This document shows, piece after piece, positions 11,791-22,389 of a DNA stretch of 54,857 bases. Within the stretch, counting starts at the first letter, position 1. Each line of letters opens with the position of its first letter. Origin of the DNA: Malacoraja senta (Eukaryota); the NCBI GenBank assembly GCA_038087875.1, contig JAXLNO010000286.1:1-54857 (forward strand), written 5' to 3'. Under the pieces are notes generated by a model. It did no database searches and had not been told where the DNA came from. It worked only from the letters and a program-made list of their open reading frames with translations. Made by a program: the position numbers and the translations under genes.

Positions 11791-12141
11791 GAAAATAATA
11801 GAGGGCAATTAATCTAGAAACCAGCACGTACTTGGGATGTGGGAGGAAACCGAAGCACTCTGAGGAAACCCACGCGGTCAACGGGGACTTACAATCTATT
11901 GAGCATGGAAGTTGGGAGGTCATGTTTGTTGCCAGGACTAGAGGGTCCGAGCTATAGGGAGAGGTTGAATAGGTTGGGTCTCTATTCCATGGAGCGCAGG
12001 AGGATGAGGTGTGATCTTATAGAGATGTATAACATCATGAGAGGAATACATCGGGTAGAGGCACAGACTCTTGGTTCTTGGTTCCTTGGACCTCCAAAAT
12101 ATTCCAAATGGAATTTAAACTGGAAGTGGTGGAGGGAGGAC

Positions 12142-15100
12142 TTAAGCCAGAAAGGGTTTTTGGGAAGAAAGAGCTACCTTAAATTTAGTTGCATCTGGTT
12201 GGGTAACTATGGTAGGGTGAAGATTATTCCATGCTTTAATTGTGCGGGGGAAGAATGAATTGCTGTACACATCTGTCTTGGTAGCTGGAATCTCAAATTG
12301 GATCGAATGTCCTCGTCTGCTCCTAATTGGTTTGGGTTTGGTGTAGGTCTTGTAATCTATGTTGAGCTGACCATTTAACATTTTGTAAAAACAGGTCAAA
12401 CGGTGAGCTTCACGTCTGTCTTGGAGAGGGTTCCACCCCAGAGAATTCAGAAGTTTGGTAACACTCGCTTCTTTCTCATAGGTGTTAGTAACAAATCGAG
12501 CTGCCTGTCTTTGGACACGTTCGATGGAAGAAATGTTTTTATTTGTGTATGGGTCCCATGCTGCAACTGCGTAGTCCAAATGAGGTCTAACGAGGGTGAA
12601 GTATAGCTTCTCCTTGACAGAAGTTGAACAATGATGAAAGTTGCGCCTCAGAAAATTTAGGACACCTGTTGCTTTCACCGTTGCATGATGAGTCTGACCA
12701 TTCCAACGCAGATCATTCTGCAATTTGATGCCAAGATACTTGGTTTGTTTGGATTCTTCAAGGGTGGTACCAAGTATATTGTACGATTTTTTGCCTGGAT
12801 TCCTCTTTCTGGTGACACGCATGGTTTCACATTTGGAAGGGTTGAACTGCATGCCCCATTGGTGTGACCACTCAACCATTGTATCGAGGTCCTTTTGGAG
12901 AGCATCTTCATCATCAGCTGACTTAATTGGACGGTACAGCAAACAATCATCAGCGAATAGTCTGGTCGTGCTTGCGACTTTTTCATGGATGTCGTTTATG
13001 TAAAGCAAAAACAGATGTGGGCCAAGTGCTGTGCCCTGAGGTGTACCACTCAACACTGGATGCCAATTGGAGCTCTTTCCGTTCACACACACACGCTGAA
13101 GACGTTTTGTCAGGAAACTGGAAATCCATCGTTTCGTGTTGGAACGAATACCATAGAAGTCAAGCTTCCGAAGCAGTCTCTGGTGTGGGATGACATCAAA
13201 TGCTTTAGACAAGTCCAGCACTACTAAATCCGTGATGACATTACCATCAAGATGTTTGGCCAGGTCATTAGTCGTCAGGATAAGCTGAGACTCACATGAT
13301 CTATGCCTCCTAAATGCATGTTGGTTGTCAGCAAGAATATTATGTTTGCTTACGTGTCGCATCAGATTACTATCAATTACATGCTCCAGTAATTTGCAGC
13401 AAGTACTTGTTAATGAAACAGGACGATAATTCGCTGGGTTGGTGGTTTAACCCTTCTTAAAGAGAGGAGTGATGTTAGCGTTCCTCCAATCCAGCGGAAC
13501 TTCACCTGAGTCAAGCGATTGTAGGAAAATGAACTGCAAAACTGGAGCCAGTTCTTCGGCTGCGATCTTGAGGGCTTGATTCTGTATCTGATCTGGTCCA
13601 ATTGCTTTTGTGGTATTGATGTTGAGCAATAACTTCTTGACACCTTCAACCTCAATTTTAATAGCAGGCATATCAGCATACGGGCTGGGTGGTAGAACTG
13701 GAAATGATGAAGGCTCCATATCTTCCCGGGTGAAAACGTGTTGGAATTGGTTTGCAAGAGCTTCTGCTTTCGCCTGGTCATCAGTGATCAGACAGTTGTT
13801 CACTTTAAGCATCTGGACACCTGTGTTGTCTGTCCGTCTGGCTTTCACATATCTCCAAAAAGCCTTAGGTTGCTCTCCCCCAAGAATAGAAGAAGCATGT
13901 TGTCTATGAGCACTCCTAATAGCACGATCGACTTGCTTTTGCATTCTAGTAAAATTGTCCCAGTCCAGTTTTGTACCCCTTTTTTTGGTACGGATACAAG
14001 ACTTCTCTTTCTTACTGCAGAGACGTTTCAGTTTTGCCGAAAACCAAGGAGGACGCATACGGCCCTTAATGAGTTTTTGTGGGACATGATTTGTAAGAAT
14101 ATTATTTAAAGAGTTTCTCAGCCACACCCAGTTGTCATTTACGGATCTTTTATCTGGTTGCAGGTTGAAGAAATCTTTTCCCAGTTTTTTTGCTAAGACT
14201 TTAAATTCCTCGCTGTTCACTTTTCTCCAGAGGGAAATTTTACGCGGTGGCTTTGAAGGAACTTTAAGCTTTGTGTGCAGTTTTGCTTGGATAATATAAT
14301 GATCGCTAATTCCAGCACACGATGAAACTTCCGAAATTAAATCTGGGTGAGAAGTGAACAATAAATCTAGAGTATTTTCGGTGCCACTTGTCTCATCACG
14401 TCTGGTAGGGAAAGTGACTTTTTGGGACAGGTGATTTTCCAGAGTAAGGTCAGCTAGGGCTTCCTGGAGAGCTCCTTCTGGTTCACTTTGTATGCCGTCA
14501 GACCAATCTACACCGGGGACATTGAAATCGCCCCCCAGGATGATAAATGGAGAGCGGTGCGAGGCATAAATTTTGGAGATGATTGATCCAAGGTCTAAAA
14601 GAGGCTCCGTTTTCATGCCAGGTGGTCGGTAAAAGCTTCCGATCTGTAACGACTGACCCTCGAGTGTAGCTTGACACCAGATTTGCTCAGAGTCGCTGTT
14701 TAAGTCTGTACGTTCAAAACAAGGAATGGTATTGTTAACTCCGATGAAGACACCGCCTCCATGCGAGTTTCTGTCCTTTCTAAAAATTTGAAGGTGAGGA
14801 GGGAAAACCTCAGCAGATTTGATTGATGGGTCCAGCCAAGATTCAGACCCAATAAGGATATCAGGGTTTTCAGTTTCAATAAATGAATTGGTCACAGCAC
14901 ATTTTCCTCTTATACTGCGGCAATTTATAACAGCGATTTTGATCCCTGTTCATTGCTGACATCATTGCGATCAATATCTTTGTTGGTACCATGAATCTCC
15001 TTTTGAGCATCACCATTACACGCGTTTCTTTGTCCATTAACATGTTGACGGGTGTGATAGCTGGTGTAGGGGGAGGATGGAGGATTGTCATCATCAGGGG

Positions 15101-15784
15101 AATTACTTTTACCATCTTTCCCAACAACGGTCCAGCCATCCTTTGTCTTCGCACATTTCAGCAGAGGGTTTTTCTCTGCTTTGGATGTTGGTGTTGCTTT
15201 GGATGTCGTTCCACAAAGCCACTCAGGAGCAGTTTTTTTAAGTGTTATTTTTGGTAAGTGGCGAGCACAATTTGGGCTGGATGATCTTAAATTCTCATGA
15301 TTCCATACGTCACAATCAGGGTCATCACTCAGAGATGTGAGACTTTCAAATGAATTGCTCAAGTTGAGCATACTTGTAAGGTCGCTTGACGAGTCAAAAA
15401 ATGAGCTGGCAAGGTTGATAACATCGCACAATGGGCATAACCAGATGGCATTTGGATTTTTGGAGTGAAAACCAAAAGTGTCGTTTGACACATTGGAGCA
15501 GTTCAGGTGAAACCAACTTGTGCACATCGAGCACTGAATGCCAGAATCTTTAACAGCAAATGAGCACAAACCACACGGGTACTTTGGTTTACGTCCACGG
15601 TGCTGACCTTTTGGGCCCGGGTTGAGGTTGATGTCCCCAGCCAGTAAATTGACAATAATGAACAATGGTAGGCGGCCTCTAGGGTAGCCTAGAAAGGGGG
15701 TAGCTGAGTGTTTCGACCCATTTCCACGAAACGTATTTACGTATGTCTTCTGGACACTAATTTTTGACGGACCATGGTCCCATT
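12142..15784 (-). pseudogene. LINE polyprotein ORF, main part (2A-like, PHD, APE, RT)
   Basis: Two point lesions: a 1-nt frameshift near 14945 (just before IKIAVINCRSIRGK) and an in-frame TAA at 13449-13447 (KKG*TTNPANYRPVSLTS). Confidence 0.88.
15612..15647 (-). other. 2A-like (StopGo) peptide motif LLAGDINLNPGP
   Basis: Hydrophobic run plus GD(I)xxNPGP directly upstream of the PHD finger. Asn replaces the canonical Glu of D(V/I)ExNPGP. Confidence 0.75.
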
Positions 15785-16325
15785 TGTGAGAAAGGGGTTA
15801 ATAGGTATAAGTTGATTTAGACAAGAACCCTTTGTATAGTAGGGAGTATAGTAGGGAGGATAGGGGGAGTGAAGGACGAGTACAGATGGTGACTTTTTCA
15901 AGGATGAGGACAGAGAAGATAGCAACAGCCCAGCGAAGAACTAGGGTAAGGGTCAGGAGAAACACTCAGTGCACATGGGCAATGAACTTACATGAATATG
16001 TACACACACCCACTATGACAAGATGTCTCATTTAAATGCACATGCGATGCATGATATGGGAGGTGTCTTTGACGTCGGGTGGACGTTCCAGGACGTTCTC
16101 GTGGGAATGTGGGCTTTATGTTATGATTGGAAGAAGCACAATGGGGAGGGATGAGGGTGTGACAATGATACCCATGAAATGTATAAAGATAGAAGTCATC
16201 CCGATCCTCGGTGTGCCTCTAGGGGACATCAGAGGAGAGGCACCTATTCTGCAGAATATGATTTGAATAAAAAGCTTCTTTGCTGACTTTGTCTCTAAAA
16301 GCGTTTGTGATTTTTTAATCTCACA
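15785..16325 (+). repeat. ERV 5' LTR
   Basis: Inverted termini TGTGAGA..TCTCACA, TATAAA at 16182 and AATAAA at 16266. About 10 substitutions and no indels versus the 3' LTR (counted by eye). Confidence 0.96.
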
Positions 16326-16330
16326 ATTTT

Positions 16331-16349
16331 TGGGGGCTCGTCTCGGGAC
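16331..16349 (+). promoter_or_regulatory. Primer-binding site, tRNA-Pro type
   Basis: TGGGGGCTCGTCTCGGGAC, 5 nt after the LTR. The canonical Pro PBS is TGGGGGCTCGTCCGGGAT. Confidence 0.85.
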
Positions 16350-18409
16350 CCCCACTCCGGCTGGCTGACGACGGTATACGGAAGAAGAGACGGTGCACCC
16401 CGTTGATTTCAGCGGTCCCAGACCCCTAGATTGCCGTCAGCGGTTTGGGCGAGTGATATCCCAGAACAGAGACTCAGCAAAGAAGTGGGATATCCGATCG
16501 GGAGGAAGATCGGGGGGGAAATCGCGAGGGTGCCAAATCGAGTGATTCTTGTGCACAGGACCCGGGTAAGAAAACTGACTATTAAGTACTACTCGGGCGA
16601 TTTATAGATCTGGGGTAAACAGATCGGGGGCAAAAAGATCGGGGGGAAATTCCGATCGGGAGGATGGGCCATGAGAACGGAAAGCCCACCAGGGACGGGA
16701 AGGGCGGTAAGCCCGACCCCAGCATTCTCCCTGATAGTCCGTTGGGGCGAATGCTGAGCCTCTGGGGGCAGAGAAATACCCAGGGAATTGGAGGACAAAA
16801 ATGATTGAGCCTCTGGGGGCAGAGAAATACCCAGGGAATTGGAAGACAAAAATGATTTGATTCTGTTATATTGAGTTTTAATACATGTAAAAGATGTTGC
16901 ATTTATTTGAAGTAAGAATGGAACGAATGTGATTTGTGTGTAAAAACCGGTTTGGATTGAAAGAGGAAGTTTATATATGTGATAATTATTTTGTTTATTG
17001 TATTTGTAGACCACATTGTAAGAGTAAGTAAGTAAGTTTTATTAAAATCAAAAATGTTCACTGTAGGTAGGCGTATGTTCCTTTAAATAAATCAGGTCAT
17101 GGTGAAAGACGACGAACAGCTGTAAGATAACGATTAATTGTTTGTTGGCCTTAACCTAGAAGGGGAAGTTGTGAAACCAGCTTTTGGTTTTTCTGATGTT
17201 CTTTTAGATTTCTAGTCAGTAAAGATAATTTGGAGAATTGTTACTAGTGCTAGGAATTGGACATTCAAAATAGTGGTGAATATGGATTGAAATAATTGGA
17301 AATAAGTTAATTGGTAAACATTCAAGTTTAGAAAGAAAGGAGAGAGAGGCAGTTAGAAGATAACAGAAGTAGAAAAACGACAGGCGTGAAAGTAATAAAG
17401 CAGGAGGAGTCAGTGGAAGATTTTTGCAAGGAGGCTAGAATATTTGGGAAGCAAGAAATTGAGTTTAGAATTAGAAAGAAGGCATACCAGAAAGTATTAA
17501 AGTTGGAAGCATTGGGATGAAGTGATGAGACTGCTTTAAAGAGAAAAGAGAAGGACAGACACAGATTATCCCTTGGGGCACCCATAAACTGAAAGGGCTA
17601 AAAAAAAATACCTCACCCTATATCCCTGATGGGGGAGGAAATGGATTAGGGCTTTGGAGGAGGAGAACGTGGGACGATTATTGATCATGGAAGATTTGAA
17701 GGCACTGTTGGTAAAAGTGATAGGAACCACTAAAGTGACAGAACTACTGAAGATGGGTGGTATAAACTGATGCGAACAATGTAACAAGCAATGGCATACT
17801 GTTTGACACAGTCAGGCAGAGGGTATGGCAGACCCTCAGACAATGTTACCCACTTAAGAGGAACCCCAAGGAACAAGGGGAGATACAGAAGGAAAGGCAA
17901 ATAGCCTATCTGGAAAACCAGCAGAAAAGGTGGAGAGTTGATTGATGAACATTATATTATGAACTACTGTGGTGGATGTCATTCTTCTTAAAGTCAAGCA
18001 GATTCAGCGAACAGTTGGTCTCTGCGGTCGAGAAATATCGCAAAGATAGGAAAAAGACTTGCAAACCAGCAGGAGGAGGTGTTGTCAATAAACAATGGAC
18101 CTAAGTGAGTCCTATGACGGAACCAAGCAGGGCCAGAGAATTACATGCCAATAATGAATGTCTTTGGGGTACGTTTCCTCAAAAAGTCCTATCAGGAGTG
18201 AAATTAATCTGGATATAAGCCCTAACAGGACTGGGGTCCCCAAGAGAGAAAGGGATTTAAAGGAGGATTTGTTGGTATTGTTCCATAAGTAACAAGCGTT
18301 GTAAGAGAGAGAGAGAGATTTAAAAAAATACTTCAGAATGTAGGACAGAGTATGATAACCTCAGGAAAAGGCAGGATATAGTTCAGACTAGATTAGGTAT
18401 AAGCCCTGT

Positions 18410-18885
18410 AGTGTCGTTTATGATGAATAAGGTAATTAAGAGGTTTGGTAGACCTACAGAAATCAGCTTTGACAACGGATTGTTTTCATTTAGGGAGTAG
18501 CTAAGTTGGCGATAGAGACCCTTAGAGTAAAATACACATTTGGGTATGTAACACCTGCAGTCACAGGCATGGTGGAAAGAATAAATGGAACATTGAAGGT
18601 TAATATAAATAAGATTTGTTTAATTACAAAGTTGAATTGGATCGATGCCCTGCCATTGGCACTGAAGAGATGTTGCATGCAAACTAACCGAGCAGGTGGC
18701 ACAATGGAGAGGTCCCTACAAGAGACCAAGTTTGGAACAGTTAAAGATAGAATTTAAAAAGTATATGAAACACTTAATTATGATATACAAGTCTATTTAT
18801 GAACAGGAAAAGTAAAAGCTGTTGGAGGTGGACCAGGAGGAAGGACCCTTTAAACCTGAAGACAAGGTGTATGTATGAGTTTTCT
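18410..18885 (+). pseudogene. pol: Retroviral integrase relic 1 (catalytic core plus decayed C-terminus)
   Basis: VVSFMMNKVIKRFGRPTEISFDNG, then GMVERINGTLKVNINKICLITKLNWIDALPLAL..MQTNR, then FKPEDKVYV. Confidence 0.8.
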
Positions 18886-19044
18886 AAACTACCGACCGAT
18901 GTTCAGGTAGAAGGTTGATATACCTGGTACCATTTCAATAATACCTGAGGGCTGTCCCGCAGGTATGAATAGATAATAGCCCTGAGGTAAGTGAACAGGA
19001 GGACAAGAGATGTGAGAAAAGAGTAGAGTTTGAACAAGAACGTT

Positions 19045-19978
19045 GTTTGACATCAGTGGTGGGCAAAATAATGGAAAGCATACTTAAGACAATATATAAG
19101 AATAGGGTAGGATTAGGAAGAATTAGCATGGATTTGTGATTGTGATGTTTGACTAATCTTGAATTTTTTGAAAAGGTTATTAGGGAAATTGATGAGGGTA
19201 AAGTGGTGGATGTTGTCTAGATGAACTTCAGTAAGGCCTTTGACAAGGTTCAATAAGGAAATAAGGTTGGTTAAGAAGGGTTAGTAAGGAATAGCAAGAT
19301 GGATTAAAAAGTGGCTGTATGGGAGATGTCAGAGAGCAATGGTGGATGGATGTTTGTCAGGTTGGAGGTCAGTGACTAGAGGGGTACCTCGGGGATGTGT
19401 GTTGGGTCCACTGTTGTTTGTCATGTGAATCAATAATCTGGATGTTGTTGTGGTAAAATAGATTAATAAGTATGTAGGTGGTGTTGTGAATAATGAAGTA
19501 GATTTTAAAAAGTGTACAGAGAGATTTAGGTCATTTGGAAGAATGGGTTGAAACATGACAGAGGGGTTTAATGTTGATAAGTGTGAGGTGATACATCTTG
19601 GCAGGACAAATCAAAATTGAACGTACATGGTAAATGATTGTGAATTGAGGAATGAAGTTGAACAGGCGGATCTAGGAATAACTGTGCATGGTTCCCTGAA
19701 GGTGGAATTTCATGAAGATAGGATGGTATAGAAAGATTTTGGTGTGTTGGCCTTTATAAATCAGAGCATTGTGTATAGAAGTTGGGTTGTAATGTTAAAT
19801 TGTACAAGGTATTGGTGAGGTCAATTGTGGAGTATGGTGTATAATTTTGGTAGGCATAATTATAGGAAGGATGTCAACAAAATAGAGAGAGTACAGAGGA
19901 GATCAATTAGAATGTTGACTGGGTTTCAGCAACTAAGACACAGAGAAAGGTTGAAGAAGTTAGGTTTTTATTATTTAG
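19045..19978 (+). mobile_element. Heavily decayed CR1 RT fragment inside the provirus
   Basis: tgacatcagtggtgggcaaa..cttcagtaaggcctttgacaaggtt..ggggtacctcggggatgtgtgttgggtccactg..atagagagagtacagaggaga. Many small deletions including the YADD/FADD codons; no 3' tail. Confidence 0.85.
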
Positions 19979-20054
19979 GAACGATAGAAGGGGTCCCAAT
20001 AAATACAAGGGAATGATGTATTCCTAAGGAACTATTTACTGGCAGTATCTCGTT

Positions 20055-20290
20055 CTATTACAGAATTAAGAACCAAGGGGCTGCTGGCACAGAGTCCCCA
20101 TCTCGACTTTCCAATCCATTCTGTGAAAGCGGGGGACTGGGATCTTGTAACATCATGGAAGGAAGAAAAGCTGCAACCTAAGTGGACTGGACCCTACCTG
20201 GTGTTACTAATCACCGAGACAGCAGTACGAACAAAAGAAAAAGGGTGGACACACGCAAGCCGATTTAAGGGACCTGTGGAGGCCCCACCA
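20055..20290 (+). pseudogene. pol: Retroviral integrase relic 2 (C-terminal GPY/F domain), HERV-I/IP-like
   Basis: LRTKGLLAQSPHLDFPIHSVKAGDWDLVTSWKEEKLQPKWTGPYLVLLITETAVRTKEKGWTHASRFK. Confidence 0.85.
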
Positions 20291-20368
20291 AACAATATCA
20301 GCTCGTGGACTGTGCGAAAAGGAGAGGAACCATTGACTTTAATATTTAACAAAAAACCCGCGGGAAAA

Positions 20369-21224
20369 ATGAAGATTTCGTGTTGGTGGGTCGTGTGTTG
20401 GGTGGTTACCCAACTATGTAAGCATACAGAGTGTTCAAATGCAGGAAAGTGGAAGGATGTGCAGATAGAACAGGGAGAATGAGCCTAAGGATTTGAAGAT
20501 AATGATAGTAGCAGGAGAAACAGAATTAAGGCAATTATATGAGGAGGGAATACCTACAGGAGGGAAGGGAGCCAACACATGGCTTGCCTGGATGATGTAC
20601 AAGGCCAGGAGTATGCAACAAAACAATTGCTACGCCTGCGCCGGAGCTAAGCCTCAGCTGGTTCCAGAACCATTTCCCTTGAATTGGGATAGGACACCTG
20701 GGGCTATGTCATGTATACTACAGCTATTCACGAATCCCATCCTACCAAAGGATGCGACCTGCCAGAGTTATCATCACCTATTCCCGGCTAGCAACAACAA
20801 TACAAAGGGCCGAAGGACAGACCCTTCAACACACACATATATATATATAGATGCGATAGGGGTGCCAAGAGGGGTACCCGATGAATTCAAAGCCAGAAAC
20901 CAGATAGCTGCGGGCTTTGAGTCCATACTCTTCTGGTGGTCCACACTTAATAAAAATGTGGACTGGATCAACTACCTATACTACAATCAACAACGCTTTA
21001 TAAATTACACTCGAGATGCGGTTGAAGGATTAGCGGAACAACTGACAGATACCAGCCTAATGGCCTGGCAAAATAGTATGGCCTTAGACATGCTACTGGC
21101 CGAGAAGGGAGGGGTGTGTGTAATGTTTGGGGAACAATGTTGCACCTTCATCCCCAACAACATTGCTCCTGATGGGTCAGTATCGAGAGCCCTAGCAGGT
21201 CTCACCTCCCTGTTTATCGAATGA
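20369..21224 (+). pseudogene. env: Gamma-type env, internally deleted and truncated before the membrane anchor
   Basis: Signal-like MKISCWWVVCWVVTQLC at 20369 (frame closes at 20482). ORF 20493-21224 has CYAC (CXXC), KGRR, YIDAIGVPRGVPDEFKARNQIAAGFES, ISU-like WQNSMALDMLLAEKGGV and CVMFGEQCC (CX6CC). Confidence 0.92.
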
Positions 21225-21322
21225 GAGGAAGATGGGGAGCGGCGAAGATTCTGCTGCTAGCATTAGAGAAGGGGCAGATAGTCTAAATCAAAGATTGCAG
21301 TAGCAAAAGTAAAAGTGTGGAT

Positions 21323-21863
21323 TGTGAGAAAGGGGTTAATAGGTATAAGTTGATTTAGACAAGAACCCTTTGTATAGTAGGGAGTATAGTAGGGAGGATA
21401 GGGGGGGTGAAGGACGAGTACAGATGGTGAGTTTTTCAAGGATGAGAACAGAGAAGATAGCAACAGCCCAGCCAAGAACTAGGGTAAGGGTCAGGAGAAA
21501 CACTCAGTGCGCATGGGCAATGAACTTACATGAATATGTACACACACCCACTATGACAAGATGTATCATTTAAATGCACATGCGATGCATGATATGGGAG
21601 GTGTCTTTGACGTCGGGTGGACGTTCCAGGACGTTCTCGTGGGAATGTGGGCTTTATGTTATGATTGGAAGAAGCACAATGGGGAGGGATGAGGGTGTGA
21701 CAATGATACCCATGAAATGTATAAAGATAGAAGTCATCCCGATCCTCGGTGTGCCTCTAGGGGTCTTCAGAGGAGAGGCACCTATTCTGCAGAATATGAT
21801 TTGAATAAAAAGCTTCTTTGCTGACTTTGTCTCTAAAAGCGTTTGTGATTTTTCAATTTCACA
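21323..21863 (+). repeat. ERV 3' LTR
   Basis: 541-bp direct repeat of 15785-16325, preceded by purine-rich aaaagtaaaagtgtgga. Confidence 0.96.
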
Positions 21864-21964
21864 CATTCATGGAAAATCCTCAATCCCAGTTGGGAGAAGG
21901 CAATCAATAGAACCAAATACAACACTGGTGTTGATGTGTTTCGTATTCTTCCAGATCCAAGCAT
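21864..21964 (-). pseudogene. N-terminal leader of the LINE ORF, displaced by the ERV
   Basis: accATG then MLGSGRIRNTSTPVLYLVLLIAFSQLGLRIFHE. Joins 15780 downward in frame with no stop through to the 2A-like motif. Confidence 0.8.
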
Positions 21965-22389
21965 GGTACTAATTCAATCTTCGATTTTAGAAATCCAAGA
22001 CGGCACGAGCGCGGTTACAATATTCTATGTCATATATTGCAATTGGGCTATGTGGTAGTAAAATCTTCAATGTTAAAAATAGTTAAAAGCAGTAAGTTAC
22101 CAGCGAAGATCACAAAATTGGTCTCGGCTGGCAGTACGGAATGCACGTGCTTGCCTTCTCCCCATAACTCATGATTCCGCTAGCTCCTCATCCTTCTAAA
22201 TTCCAGTGAATACAAGCCCAGTCTTTCCAATCTTTCCGCATATGACAGTGCTGCCATTTCGGGGATTAACCTCATGATCCTCCGCTGCTCTGCCTCAATA
22301 ACAAGAATGTCGTTCCTCAAATTTGGAGACCAAAACTGCACACAGTACTTCAGATGTGGTATCACCAGGGCTGTACATCTGCAGAAGGA

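Larger units (their letters stand above)
15785..21863 (+). mobile_element. Defective class I (gamma/epsilon-like) endogenous retrovirus, 6,079 bp, TSD CATT
   Basis: Two 541-bp LTRs with TG..CA ends, CATT at 15781-15784 and 21864-21867, PBS, integrase relics and env with CX6CC. Confidence 0.95.
12069..22150 (-). mobile_element. Near full-length single-ORF CR1-group LINE (leader, 2A-like peptide, PHD, APE, RT) interrupted by an ERV
   Basis: ORFs 14925-15665 (GDINLNPGP; CGLC..IQCSMC..WFHLNC), 13447-14895 (SESWL, GGDFN, LDLLFT..SDH) and 12142-13362 (LDLSKAFD, GTPQGTALGP, FADD). Short (CCAAGAA)n 3' tail at ~12069-12090. The ORF start lies beyond the ERV at 21964. The 5' end is approximate and no TSD was recognised. 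Confidence 0.9.

Noticed and set aside
15832..16266. Short ORFs duplicated at 21370-21804
   Set aside because: They lie inside the two LTRs; the duplication reflects the LTRs, not genes.
17300..18300. Expected gag/protease region of the ERV
   Set aside because: No motif I could recognise and stops in all frames, so it is left unannotated.
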